DNA of 64,000 bases from an uncultured Solirubrobacterales bacterium (GTDB lineage: Bacteria > Actinomycetota > Thermoleophilia > Solirubrobacterales > 70-9), in assembly GCA_963807885.1 (NCBI GenBank), contig CAWEDL010000003.1, positions 343,010 through 407,009 on the forward strand. Reading direction: 5' to 3'. Both the position numbers and the translations under genes were made by a program. The notes under the pieces are model-generated. The model searched no databases. It was not told the DNA's origin and worked only from the letters and a program-made list of their open reading frames with translations. Shown here piece after piece: positions 13,088 to 23,236 of the stretch. The first letter of the stretch is position 1; every line of letters begins with the position of its first letter.

Positions 13088-14019
13088 CGCTCTTCCTCCG
13101 TCAGGTTGCGGATGTTTCCGCCGATGAAGCGGATGTAGAGGAACGAGACCCCCATCACGGTGAGGAAGGTGAGCACCGAGAGGGCGGAGCCCAAGCCGGT
13201 GTTGCGGTTGGTCACCAGCTCCTCCTGGGCGATCAGGGACAGCGTTTCGGTTCCGTTGGCGCCTTTGGTGAGGACGTAGGGAAGATCGAAGACCCGCATC
13301 GCGTCGAGGGTGCGGAAGATCAGGGCGACGGTGATCGCCGGGACGAGCAAGGGGAGGGTGATGCTGCGGAAGCGCTGCCAGGTGTTCGCCCCGTCCACCT
13401 TCGCCGCGTCGTGGAGCTCGTCGGGAATCCCCTGCAGCCCGGCGAGGATGAGCAGCGCCATGAACGGCGCCGTCTTCCAGACGTCAGCGAGGATCATCAC
13501 GCCCAGCGCGTAACCCCGCTCACCGAGCCAGACGACGTCCCCGCCCGGCAGCGAGAGGGTCGTCAGCATCGTGTTGACGAAGCCGAGTTCGGGCTCGAAG
13601 ATCGTCCGCCAGGTGATCGCGGTGACCACGGTGAGGATCGCCCAGGGGACGAGGACGACTGCTCGCAGCAGCGCCCGCCCTCGGAACGCCTGGTGCATGA
13701 CCAGTGCCATGCCGATGCCGATCGCCAGCTCCAGGCCCACCGAAGCCGCGGTGAACACCAGCGTCGTGATCATCGCGTCCCAGAACTCCGACGATCCGAG
13801 CGCTGCGCTGTAGTTGTCGAGGCCGACGAACCTCGAGAGACCGGGGGTGATCACGCTGTACTCGTTGAGCGACAACCAGACGGCATAGCCGATCGGGTAG
13901 GCGGCGACGAGGACGATGACTACCAGCGATGGAAGGAGCATTGCCGCACCGAGGCGGCGCTCCTCGCGGAAAACGGAGCGGCGCCCGCGGCGGTGCAGGC
14001 TTGCGGCCCCCTCGGCCAC
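13084..14019 (-). CDS. carbohydrate ABC transporter permease
   Basis: 311 aa. EAA loop DAAKVDGANTWQRFRSITLPLLVP. GTG start overlaps the stop of the binding-protein gene. Confidence 0.9.
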
Positions 14020-15299
14020 TAGAACCTCGCCAGTGCCTCCTCGATCTGCGAGTTCATCGTCGTTGCGGCCTCATCGGGTGAGGTCCTCCCGTTGAGGACT
14101 TCGAAGACGTTGTCGTAGATCGCCTGTGAGATCTGCGTGTAGACCGGTGAGACGGGGCGCGCCTCCGCCTGTTCCACCGCTTTCAGCAGTTCCGGCGCGA
14201 ATGGGAGTGCTTCGCGTACTTTGGGGTCTTTGTAGACCTCGGCCACCGTCGCCGGCAGAGTGGCTTCCATCGCCTGCTTCTGCACCGCTGGCGTCACCAG
14301 GAATTCGGCAAAGGCGAGCGAGCCCTCCGGGTTATCGCTGAATGCCGAGATCCCGAGGTTGTAGCCGCCCACCACGCCGGCGCCTTCATTCCCAGCGAAG
14401 CCCGGGAACGTGGCGATGTCGAACTCATCGGCGATCGCCGATTCTTTGCCGAGCGCGTAGGCGTACGGCCAGTTACGCATGAAGGTCGCATTGCCGGCCT
14501 CGAAGGCTCGCCGTGAGCTCTCCTCTTCGTAGGTCGTGACGGCCTTCGGCACCGCCCCGTCTTTGACGCCGTTGCCCATGAACTCGAGCACTTCGCGCGC
14601 CTCGGGCGAGTCGATTTCAACGGTTTCTCCGTCCTCGGAGAGCACCGATCCGCCGGCGCTGAAAAGCAGCTCGAGGAAGCCGACGGTCAGCCCCTCGTAG
14701 CGTTCGCCCTGGTAGACCAGGCCATCCTGTTTCTGGGCCTCTTCGTAGACCTGCTCCCAGGTCGACGGTGGTTGGGACACCTGATCGGTCCGGTAGTAGA
14801 CGAACCCCGCGTTGGTGTTGTAGGGCAGCGCCCACCTCTTGCCTTCGTACTCGACGGTCTCGACGGTCGAGGGGATGAACTCGTCCTCGTGTTGGTCGAC
14901 GACCGGGGTGATGTCGTAGAGCCACCCGGCAGCGGCGTACTCGGCCGTCCAGATCACGTCCATGCCGAGCACGTCGCACTCACTCGATTCGGCCCGCAGG
15001 CGCTGTACCTGCTGTTCGCGCTGCAGATCGGCCGATTCGGGAAGCTCGAGAAGGTCGGCGTTCAGGTTCGGGTTTTCTTTGTTGAAGGCTTCAACCGCGG
15101 CCGTGAAAGCGCCGCTGGTGTCTTTCCCGATGCACCAGGTCACGTCGCCCGATGCACCCTGGGCCTCAGCGGGCTGCAGGGTGTTCGCCTCCGGCGCGGC
15201 GCCGTTGTCGTCACCGCCACAGGCAACCAATCCCAAGCAGGCAAAGCCCGCCATGACTATGAAGGAGATCAAATATCTCCGAGTTCTTTCAGCGTTCAT
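14019..15299 (-). CDS. ABC transporter extracellular sugar-binding lipoprotein
   Basis: The conserved protein starts at ATG 15299 (MNAERTRRYLISFIVMAGFACLGLVACGGDD, a lipobox LVAC). The upstream 117 codons of the track ORF are not protein-like. Confidence 0.9.
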   Translation of the reverse strand: MNAERTRRYLISFIVMAGFACLGLVACGGDDNGAAPEANTLQPAEAQGASGDVTWCIGKDTSGAFTAAVEAFNKENPNLNADLLELPESADLQREQQVQRLRAESSECDVLGMDVIWTAEYAAAGWLYDITPVVDQHEDEFIPSTVETVEYEGKRWALPYNTNAGFVYYRTDQVSQPPSTWEQVYEEAQKQDGLVYQGERYEGLTVGFLELLFSAGGSVLSEDGETVEIDSPEAREVLEFMGNGVKDGAVPKAVTTYEEESSRRAFEAGNATFMRNWPYAYALGKESAIADEFDIATFPGFAGNEGAGVVGGYNLGISAFSDNPEGSLAFAEFLVTPAVQKQAMEATLPATVAEVYKDPKVREALPFAPELLKAVEQAEARPVSPVYTQISQAIYDNVFEVLNGRTSPDEAATTMNSQIEEALARF

Positions 15300-15482
15300 C
15301 ACGGGACTCTCCCCTCTACTCGGGGTACCCGTCCTTTGGTTGAAATACCCGATCCGGGGGAGCCAAAACCTGCCGTGGCCGCGCCACGAAAAGGCGCAGA
15401 CCTTGCAGACTTGGGTTGACCGGCGACATCGATGGGTACCAGACTGATGATCGTCTGCGTACTTCAGAAAGGAGACGAAACG

Positions 15483-15932
15483 ATGCGCGAATCCCCCACT
15501 CCTGCCAGCCTCTATGCCGGACTTGTCGGGGGCATACTGCTGGTTGCTGGCCTCATCGGCTTCTTCTACAGCGCCTCGTTCGGCAGCCCCGGCTCGGTCG
15601 ACGCCGTGTTCGGCGTCCTCGACGTGAACGCCTGGCACAACCTCATCCACATCTTGACCGGAGCGTTGGGCGTGCTTGCCTTCATGTCAGGTGCCCGGGC
15701 AGCCCGGCTCTACGCGCTTGCATTCGGCGCCGTGTACATAGTCGTCGCCATCTGGGGCTTCATCATCGGCGGCGGTGAGTCGATCCTCGGATTCATCCCA
15801 ATCAATGACGAGGACAACGTGCTCCACATCGTGCTCGGCGTGCTCGGCGTCGGCGCCGGCGCCGCCAGCCCGGATGTAGAGACGCGCCACGCGCGGCCAG
15901 AGCCGGGCCATCCAGGCGCCGCCTCCGAGTAG
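15483..15932 (+). CDS. DUF4383-like small membrane protein
   Basis: ATG 15483 is preceded by AAAGGAG. Four TM segments, and the NAWHNLIHILTGALG / NVLHIVLGVLG repeats are typical of DUF4383. Confidence 0.75.
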   Translation: MRESPTPASLYAGLVGGILLVAGLIGFFYSASFGSPGSVDAVFGVLDVNAWHNLIHILTGALGVLAFMSGARAARLYALAFGAVYIVVAIWGFIIGGGESILGFIPINDEDNVLHIVLGVLGVGAGAASPDVETRHARPEPGHPGAASE

Positions 15933-15946
15933 CGAAGGGAGCCGAG

Positions 15947-16020
15947 GGTGGCTGACCGGATTCGAACCGGCGACCGCCTGGACCACAACCAGGAGCTCTA
16001 CCAGCTGAGCTACAGCCACC
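15947..16020 (-). tRNA. tRNA-His(GTG): tRNA-His (anticodon GTG) with encoded G-1
   Basis: Manual cloverleaf: G-1 + GTGGCTG acceptor, D arm GCTCAGCTGGTAGAGC, anticodon stem CCTGG/CCAGG, loop TTGTGGT, T arm GCCGGTTCGAATCCGGT. CCA is not encoded. Confidence 0.9.
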
Positions 16021-16142
16021 ACGCTCTTCCAATCTAGCGTGCTTGTGGCTACGGTTGACGGGTGGCGCGGCGACGCGGGAATTCGGTCTTTCGGTCTGGG
16101 GAACCGCCCTTTGCGGCCAGCGGTGCGCGGGCGCGGGGCGCT

Positions 16143-16322
16143 ATGGCGATCGGGGCGCTGGCCGTTGGCGCTGCCGCAATTGGGGGGTTTGCGATTGGGC
16201 GGCTCAGCGTCGGCCGATTGGCTATCGGTCGAGCGAGCGTCGGCGGGCTCAAGATCGCCGACCTCGAGATCGATCGTTTGCACGTGAGCGAGGACCATTC
16301 CCAGGGACGCAGCCGAGATTGA
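16143..16322 (+). CDS. small hydrophobic repeat protein (AIG-x-L-AIGR repeats)
   Basis: 59 aa from ATG 16143: MAIGALAVGAAAIGGFAIGRLSVGRLAIGRASVGGLKIADLEIDRLHV.... The pattern resembles short conserved hypothetical proteins I recall from other GC-rich bacteria. Not verified. Confidence 0.45.
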   Translation: MAIGALAVGAAAIGGFAIGRLSVGRLAIGRASVGGLKIADLEIDRLHVSEDHSQGRSRD

Positions 16323-16348
16323 CCACACTGGAGTGGGGTCAATGTCGG

Positions 16349-17335
16349 ATGCGGTTGCTGGCAACCGTGGCCTGCTGCTTCGGCCTTGCCGCAACAGCAA
16401 GCGCCTCGACGGCCCAGGCCGTCGGTCCCTACCCCGACCTCGGCAGCTGCCAGGTCTTCCCGGACCCGCCGGCCTCACTCTCCTCCACCGCACCTTCACT
16501 TCCCAACCAGGCCGCCTGGAACCAAAACATCTCCCGTGCGCCGGTCACCGCCAACTCCGCCGCGACGATCGCATACATCGACTCCCACGGCGGCAACTTC
16601 CTCCACCCCGACTTCGGATCCCCGCGCGCCTATGGTTTCCCCTACGCGGTGGTCGGCGCCGGTCAGCCGAAGTTGCCGATCCACTACACCGCCTACGGCA
16701 GCGAGAGCGATCGCGGGCCGTTCCCGATCCCGGCCAGCGCGCCGGTCGAGGGCGGGCGCGGCAGCGACGGCGACCGTCACGTCCTCACCGTCGACCGCTC
16801 GACCTGCACCCTCTACGAGCTCTACCGCGCATTCCCCCAGCGGGGCGGCCGACCACACTGGAACGCCGACTCCGGGGCCAGCTGGGACCTGCGCTCTACC
16901 GCGCTGAGACCCGATTCCTGGACCTCCGCAGACGCCGCCGGACTGCCGATCTTCCCCGGCCTCGTCCGCTATGACGAGGCCGCTTCCGGCCAGCTCGACC
17001 ACGCGATCCGGGTCACCTTCGAGAGCACGCGCGACGCCTGGGTCCACCCCGCCTCGCACTGCGCTGGCGACACCGCCAGTCCGAACGCGCCGGCGATGGG
17101 CACGCGGCTGCGCCTCACGGCGGGATATGGGCTCGGCAGATTCAGCGGACCGGCGAGGACGATCGCCGAAGCTCTGAAGCGCTACGGAATGATCGTCGCC
17201 GACAACGGCTCCAACTGGTTCTTCAGCGGCACCAGCGACCGCCGTTGGGACGACGAGAACCTCAACCAGCTGAAGCGGATTCCCGGCGGCGCCTTCCAGG
17301 TGGTGCGCAGCGCCGCGCGGCCGCATCCCTGCTGA
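16349..17335 (+). CDS. secreted hypothetical protein
   Basis: ATG 16349 gives a signal peptide MRLLATVACCFGLAATASASTAQA. 328 aa with coding-like composition. Family not recognised. Confidence 0.7.
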   Translation: MRLLATVACCFGLAATASASTAQAVGPYPDLGSCQVFPDPPASLSSTAPSLPNQAAWNQNISRAPVTANSAATIAYIDSHGGNFLHPDFGSPRAYGFPYAVVGAGQPKLPIHYTAYGSESDRGPFPIPASAPVEGGRGSDGDRHVLTVDRSTCTLYELYRAFPQRGGRPHWNADSGASWDLRSTALRPDSWTSADAAGLPIFPGLVRYDEAASGQLDHAIRVTFESTRDAWVHPASHCAGDTASPNAPAMGTRLRLTAGYGLGRFSGPARTIAEALKRYGMIVADNGSNWFFSGTSDRRWDDENLNQLKRIPGGAFQVVRSAARPHPC

Positions 17336-17338
17336 GGC

Positions 17339-17938
17339 TCAGCCGCCGTCGAGCACCAGGTGCCGGAACGTGGGCCGCAGCCGCGACTCCAGCTCCGCCA
17401 CGGCAGCCGAGCGGTCCTCCCCACCGCCGCACTCGACCAGCACCACCTCGGTCGCCTCGAAGCTCCCCAGCTGGTCCTCGACCGCCTGGACCACGTCCTC
17501 GTCGCCGACGCGAGCCTCGGCGGCGATCCCGGCCTTGGCCAGAGCGGCAACCGTCGCAACAAGGTTCCGCTGTGCGGTCTGTCGCGCCGCCTCGATGTCC
17601 GACGCCCAGCGATCGAGGAAACCGATCTTCGCGGGCGCGAGGACGAGAACGTCCGCCCCGTCTTGACCATTCCCGAGATGAGCCTCCGCGGCGATCCGGC
17701 GCACCTCGCCGGGCTCCTCCACCGCGCAGGTGACCACCAGCAGCACGCTGCGGGTCGTGCTTGGGGCCGGTTTCGAGCCGAGCGGGCCACGGGGCCGCTG
17801 GCGCACCGCGACGATCACGATCACCCACGCTGCCAAGGCGCCGGCCGCGAGACCCGCGCCGCCTTCGCCCAACGCGAAAGCCGCCACGATCGGCATCGCC
17901 AAGGCGGCGACGATCACTGGCAGCTTCCACGGGGCCAT
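17339..17938 (-). CDS. membrane-anchored USP-like (HUP-class) domain protein, paralog of 49596..50258 and 52421..53294
   Basis: 199 aa with two N-terminal TM segments. Its C-terminal domain (LLVVTCAVEE...VLVLAPA...RWASDIEAARQTAQ...GDEDVVQAVEDQL...EVVLVE) can be aligned by eye with the two other loci. Confidence 0.6.
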   Translation of the reverse strand: MAPWKLPVIVAALAMPIVAAFALGEGGAGLAAGALAAWVIVIVAVRQRPRGPLGSKPAPSTTRSVLLVVTCAVEEPGEVRRIAAEAHLGNGQDGADVLVLAPAKIGFLDRWASDIEAARQTAQRNLVATVAALAKAGIAAEARVGDEDVVQAVEDQLGSFEATEVVLVECGGGEDRSAAVAELESRLRPTFRHLVLDGG

Positions 17939-17962
17939 CGGCCCGATTGTGGCTAAGGACGT

Positions 17963-18109
17963 CTAAACGCGACGCCTGGTGCCACCACCGAGCATCGGCA
18001 CCAACAACATCGCCAACCCGATCAGGATCACGATGATCCCGAGGATGTAGTTGACGAGCAATGCCAACACGATTCCGATGATGATTACGACTATTGAGCT
18101 TGGAGTCAT
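17963..18109 (-). CDS. possible 48-aa two-TM micro-protein
   Basis: ATG 18109 to TAG 17963: MTPSSIVVIIIGIVLALLVNYILGIIVILIGLAMLLVPMLGGGTRRRV. Locally lower GC. No homology evidence. Confidence 0.35.
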   Translation of the reverse strand: MTPSSIVVIIIGIVLALLVNYILGIIVILIGLAMLLVPMLGGGTRRRV

Positions 18110-18119
18110 GGCCGCGTAG

Positions 18120-19490
18120 TTACCCACCCCTCGATTCCCGGAAACTTCTGAACCGGATAGCCCCTTCCTCGTGGTCGACGACCGGGGGCGGGTAATCGAG
18201 CGCCCGCCGTGCCGCGCGGTCCAGTAGCCACGGTTCGTGCACGTCCGACCCCTCCAGCCCGGCGAGCTCGGGGACGTATCGCCGCACGTACTCACCCCCA
18301 GGGTCGAAACGCCGCGCCTGGCGCAGCGGGTTGAGCACCCGGTTCGGCCGCGTGTCGTTGCCGGTGCCCGCCACCCATTGCCAGTTGCCGACGTTGTTGG
18401 CGACATCGGCGTCGGCCAAGAGGCCCGCGAAGTGCGCCGCGCCCAGCCGCCAGTCCAGGTACATCGTCTTGGTGAGAAACGAGGCGACGACCATCCGCGC
18501 CCGGTTGTGCATGAACCCCTCGCGCTCGAGCTGCCGCATGCCCGCGTCGACGATCGGATAGCCGGTGCGCCCCTCTCGCCACGCCTCGGCCAGCCGCGTG
18601 CTGCGGCGCCAGCGATCGCCGCGGCCGCGGTAGTCGGTGTGCGGAAGGTCGGGGCGGGCGGCGAGCACCTGATGGTGGAAGTCGCGCCAGCAGAGCTGGC
18701 GAACGAAGGCTTGGCTGCCGGGCCGCCCGCGAGCCCGGGCCAGGACCGCAGCCGGCGAGAGGCAACCGAAGTGGAGGTCGGCGCTGAGGTGGGAGGTGCC
18801 GTCGTCGTCCGCGAGGACGTCGTGGCTCCGCTCGTAGCCGGCGAGGCCGCGGCTCAGCCAGCTGTCGAGCCGTTTGCGCGCCGCCGTCTCGCCGCCCTCT
18901 CGAAGGTCCGGCGAGCGGGACTCACTGGTCAAGCTGCGCAGCGAGGGGATCCGGCCGCCGCGCGCCTTCATAGGCAGCACCAGCTTGCGCGGCGCGGCCA
19001 ACGGCTCCCGAGGCGTCTGCTGAGACCAAGCCCGCCAGTAGGGAGTGAAGACGCGGTAGTGATCGCCACCGGTCGGCGTCAACTCACCGGGCTCGACCAC
19101 GGTCACGCCGGGATGCACCCGGAGGTCGAGCCGCTCCCGCTCACACTCACCCGCCAGCCGCTCGCGCCGACGCCGCGCGTAGGCGCTGTAGTCGTCGCTG
19201 ATATGGATCGAAGACGCGCCGACCTGGCGCGCCACCCGGATCGCCCCCTCGACCGGATCGCCGCGGCGCACAACCAGCCGCGCTCCCCGCTCGCGCAGCG
19301 AGCCGTCCAGATCCCGCAGGCAATCGAGCAGGAACGAGAGCCGGTTGGGCGAACCGCACCTGCGGGCCAGCAGCGCCTCGTCCAGGACGAAGAGGGGCAC
19401 CATCCGCTCCGCCTCGCGCGCCGCGGCGGAGAGGGCCGGCTGGTCGCGCACCCGCAGGTCGCGGGTGAAGAGCACGAGCGCGCAGCTCAC
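18120..19490 (-). CDS. phr: deoxyribodipyrimidine photolyase (cryptochrome/photolyase family)
   Basis: 456 aa. N-terminal photolyase alpha/beta domain. FAD-binding C-terminal motifs WREFHHQV, TGYPIVDAGMRQL and GNWQWVAGTG. Confidence 0.9.
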   Translation of the reverse strand: MSCALVLFTRDLRVRDQPALSAAAREAERMVPLFVLDEALLARRCGSPNRLSFLLDCLRDLDGSLRERGARLVVRRGDPVEGAIRVARQVGASSIHISDDYSAYARRRRERLAGECERERLDLRVHPGVTVVEPGELTPTGGDHYRVFTPYWRAWSQQTPREPLAAPRKLVLPMKARGGRIPSLRSLTSESRSPDLREGGETAARKRLDSWLSRGLAGYERSHDVLADDDGTSHLSADLHFGCLSPAAVLARARGRPGSQAFVRQLCWRDFHHQVLAARPDLPHTDYRGRGDRWRRSTRLAEAWREGRTGYPIVDAGMRQLEREGFMHNRARMVVASFLTKTMYLDWRLGAAHFAGLLADADVANNVGNWQWVAGTGNDTRPNRVLNPLRQARRFDPGGEYVRRYVPELAGLEGSDVHEPWLLDRAARRALDYPPPVVDHEEGAIRFRSFRESRGG

Positions 19491-20389
19491 CCCCGTGCTT
19501 CCTCTTCCAGCGCGCGGCGCAGGGCGACGTCGAATGGCTCCGGTGTGATCCCGAAGGGCGCCGCGCCCGAGGCATCGGTCACCACGGTTGCGGTCGTCAG
19601 CCCCTCGACCAAAGGCCGTGCCACCTTGGTGTCGACCGGGGTCACCAAGCCGAGCCAGAGCGACGACAGCCAGGGGGTGACGAAGGGGACCGGAAGCTTC
19701 GGCCGCGGCCGGATCCCCATCGCCAGGGCCATCCGATCCAGCATCTCGGCATAGCTGAGCACGTCCGGCCCGCCGATCTGCACCTCACGGCCGGTGGACT
19801 TGGCAACCTCGGGCGCTCGCCGTAGATACTCGACCGTGGCATCGATCCCGATCGGCTGCGTCGGAGTGTGCAGCCAGGCTGGCGCGATCATTACCGGGAG
19901 CCGGCCAACCAGGTAGCGGAGCGTGCGGTAGGACTCGCTGCCGGCGCCCACCACCATCGCGGCCCGAAAGTAGGTCAGGGGTGGACCCTCGTCGGCAAGC
20001 ACCTGCGCCGTCTCGTTGCGACTGCGCAGGTGCTCGGAGGCGCTCTCGTCCCCAAGCCCTCCGAGGTAGACGAGTCGCTCGACCCCCTCCCGCTTGGCCA
20101 TGCGGGCGAAGTTGGACGCCCCCAGTCGCTCGCGCTCGGCGAAGCCGCTGCCGCCGGCCATCGAGTGGACGAGGTAGTAGGCGACCTCGATCCCCCGCCC
20201 GGCGCCCGCCAGGCTCTTCTGGTCGGTGACGTCGCCGACGTGGGCCTCGAACCCTTCCCGCTCGAGCCGTGCCGCCTTCTCGCGGCTGCGCACCAGGCAA
20301 CGTGCCTCGGCTTCGGACCCCCGCAGCGAGGCCGCCAGCCGCGCACCGACGAACCCCGTCGCTCCGGCTATGAGTGTCTTGGCGGCGAT
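19487..20389 (-). CDS. NmrA/atypical-SDR NAD(P)-binding oxidoreductase; Rossmann motif lies upstream of any canonical start
   Basis: The track ORF starts at GTG 20293, but the same frame continues upstream as KIAAKTLIAGATGFVGARLAASLRG (GxxGxxG) until TAG 20399-20401. The only start-like codon there is ATC at 20389. Confidence 0.7.
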   Translation of the reverse strand: MAAKTLIAGATGFVGARLAASLRGSEAEARCLVRSREKAARLEREGFEAHVGDVTDQKSLAGAGRGIEVAYYLVHSMAGGSGFAERERLGASNFARMAKREGVERLVYLGGLGDESASEHLRSRNETAQVLADEGPPLTYFRAAMVVGAGSESYRTLRYLVGRLPVMIAPAWLHTPTQPIGIDATVEYLRRAPEVAKSTGREVQIGGPDVLSYAEMLDRMALAMGIRPRPKLPVPFVTPWLSSLWLGLVTPVDTKVARPLVEGLTTATVVTDASGAAPFGITPEPFDVALRRALEEEARG

Positions 20390-20431
20390 CTTCCCAGGCT
20401 ACCCCGGAGCTTTCTCCTCTACGCCCGGCGA

Positions 20432-20914
20432 CTAGCGCAGCAAGCGAGAACCGAGCCGGTCGCCGATCGAGACCAGCAGCTTCAGTGCCGTGCCGGCGAC
20501 CCGCATGAGCAGGGACAGCAGAGCGCCGTGCCGGCGGCGTGCCATCCCGGGCGCCAGCCCCGCCGCGACTCCAGCCAAGCCGGGAAGCGGGCGGATGAAG
20601 AAGGAGAGCTCGCGGATCCTCCCGTCGACGGCAAGGCGCAGCAACTGCACCTCTTCGATCTCCTCGCCGGCGAGACGGCCACGGTAGACGAGGATCCGGG
20701 TCTCGTCGTCGCCGAGCTCGTCGGTGTAGGTGAATTCCCCAAGCGCCGCGAAGACCACGCCGAACAGCTCGCGAGCCTGCTCGATCCCCGCAAACGCCAG
20801 CCGCGAGCTGACCGGCGAACGGATCACCACGTCAGCCGTCAGCGTGGCAAGGATCGCCTCCAGGTCCCGCCGTTCGGCGGCATCCCGGAAGGCGCTGACG
20901 TGAGAATCGGGCAC
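20432..20914 (-). CDS. SnoaL-like / NTF2-fold hypothetical protein
   Basis: GTG 20914 lies 3 nt from the 3' end of tRNA-Arg. The track ORF N-terminus (QWTERLPSKQRVAGSNP) is a translated tRNA. The region FRDAAERRDLEAILATLTADVVIRSP is NTF2-like. Confidence 0.55.
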   Translation of the reverse strand: MPDSHVSAFRDAAERRDLEAILATLTADVVIRSPVSSRLAFAGIEQARELFGVVFAALGEFTYTDELGDDETRILVYRGRLAGEEIEEVQLLRLAVDGRIRELSFFIRPLPGLAGVAAGLAPGMARRRHGALLSLLMRVAGTALKLLVSIGDRLGSRLLR

Positions 20915-20989
<75 letters not shown>

Positions 20990-21020
20990 GAGCTGCACCA
21001 AGGTTACGGCGTCGCGCCGT

Positions 21021-23199
21021 CTAATCAGCTCCCCCGCCGACGTCGGCGCAGCTCTCGTCGAGCTTGCCTTTCACCTTGAAGACGTAGTCGGGCTGGGGGG
21101 TTATTTCCGGCTCTTCGATCACGAGATCCAGCGCCGGGTCGGTTTTCAGCCAGGCGTAGACCGGATACCAGTATTCGGCCTCGGGCACGTCCTGCGTCGC
21201 CTTGCTGGTGATCAGGAAGTCGTAGTCGCCTCCGTTGATCAACCGTCGGAACTGGTGACAGGTGGTCGCCAGGCGCCAGGTGCCGTCCGAGCCCTTGACG
21301 CCGATGTACTGAACGTAGTTGTCGAGGTTGGCGCCGAAGAAGCCGTACTGGCCAAAGAAGATCTCGCCCGAGCCGGCGATCCCGATCCTCGCCCCGTGCT
21401 GGTTGTGGGCGAACGTGTAGGCCTTGCGCGGCCCGCCGTCCTGCAGGAACGGCAGCGTCCGCGTGTAGTGCTGGTTGTAGTACTGGACCTCCTGGGCACG
21501 CCCGAGGACGACAGCGAGCAGGAGGACACACCCCGCAGCGACCGCGACGTAGGCCCGGCTCACCACCCGCCGGCCGCGCAACAGGCCCAGCGCGGCCGGC
21601 GCCCACACCAGCGCCAAGGTGAGGAACACCGTGCCAACTATGTAGCCGGCATACCAGCGCGGCGTGGTTAAGACCGTGATCGCGTAGACCGCCACTAAGA
21701 AGAGCAGCGTCTGCCAGGCGCGCGAGTCGGGGGCGCGCAGCGGTCGCGCGATCGGCAGCAGCGTCATCGCCAAAACCAGGCCGGGCACGAGGTAGCGGGT
21801 GTTGGTGAAGAACCCCGTCGGGGAGCCCTCCTGCCCGGCCGCGGTGAGCGGCGTGAAGAGGTAGACGGCGGCCGTAAGCAACGCCGCGGCGGCGATCACC
21901 TGCAGGATGCGGTTGCGCGAGCGCACGGCGATAAAGACCACGGCGGCGACGGCGACGATCAGGATCAGCGGCCAGAGCGGGCCGAAGGCGTCCTCGAGTC
22001 GCGGGAAGAACCAGCGGCGGTAGATGGTCGGCTCGGTCAGGTAGTGGGAGACGGCGAAGCGCGGCCGCGGGTCGAGCGGCATCTGATCGGGGCGCGGCAG
22101 GTGCAAGGGGCCGAAGCCGATCTGCGGGATCGGGTTGCCGCCGGTCTTGATCGCCGCCCGCACGTACCAGTAGCCGCCGATTACGAAGGTGGAGAGCCCG
22201 AGCACCCAGGCCGTCGTCAGCCGCCTGCCCTTGCCGCCGAAGATGATCACGCCGAGGCCGATCGCCACAACCGGGACGAGGAAGGTGAGCTTGACCGAAG
22301 CGGCGAGGCCGGCGGCGATTCCGGCCAGCACCAGCGGCCCCTTGTCGAGCAGCGGCGCGTCCTTCTCCGGCGTGTCCTGCACGGCGCCGGCGGCGGGCGC
22401 GCGGCGCTGGTGGCCGTTGATCAGGAAGGCGGCAAAGGCGATCAGGAAGGCGAGGCCCATGATGTCGTTGCGCCCCTCCCCCGGCTGGGTCTCGATCATC
22501 ACCCCCGCGTCGAGCACGATCGCCGCAGCGACCAGGGTCGCCGGGCCGACCTTGTAGGGGCGGCCGATGCACCAGGCGGCGAGCAGCGCGATCGCCAGCC
22601 AGACGAGGTTGATCAGCGGCGAGAGCCAGTCGGTCTTGAAGATGACGATGCCGGCGGCGTGGACCAGCTCCGAGCTCTGCGGGTAGAACCAGGCCGCCAG
22701 CCGCAGCGGATCGGTGTAGTGCAGGTGGACGATCGACGCTTCCTGGGCGATCCGCCCCGCGAAGGGCATGTGGTACCAGGTCGTGTCGCCGCCGAACATG
22801 CCGAAGTCGAGGCTGAGCTGCGAGGGGAAGGTCCACTCGGCGACGGTGAAGGAGGCGACACCGAGGGCGATCAGGAGGGCGACCGTCTGCACACGCGGCG
22901 CCGCGACTTCGCGCTCCGTCGCGCGGCGCCATCCGCCGGCCGAGCCAGGCCGCGCCGAGGCCGACGCCGATGCAGACGAGGACGATCCAGCCAAGGCGCA
23001 GGATGCTGAGCGTGCCGAGCAGCTCGAGCGAGAGGACCAGCAGCGCGACCGCGATCGTCGCGTCGCCGAGCCGGGCCAGCGCGCCGGAGAACTCGGGCAC
23101 GATCCAGCGCCGCAGCCAGTAGCCGCCGAGGCCGAGCGCCGAGACGATGCCGATCGTCGCCAGGCAGCCGACCAGATAGGAGCCGAAGGAGGGGGTCAC
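21021..23199 (-). pseudogene. large polytopic membrane protein (possible GT-C-like glycosyltransferase), one frameshift
   Basis: Two overlapping ORFs (21025..23199 N-terminal ~88 aa; 21021..22994 rest) join if one base is removed at CGCG 22910-22913: ...AWLGRRMAPRDGA|EVAAPRVQTVALLIAL.... More than 12 TM segments plus a soluble C-terminal domain. Confidence 0.65.
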
Positions 23200-23236
23200 C
23201 GGCGCGGGATGCTATTCGCCGCGCCGGGCGTGCGAA

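Noticed and set aside
14019-15650. Long N-terminal extensions in track ORFs 14019..15650, 16043..17335 and 57662..58735
   Set aside because: Signal peptides or lipoboxes with plausible starts (15299, 16349, 58423) lie internally. The upstream parts are not protein-like or would cross divergent promoters.
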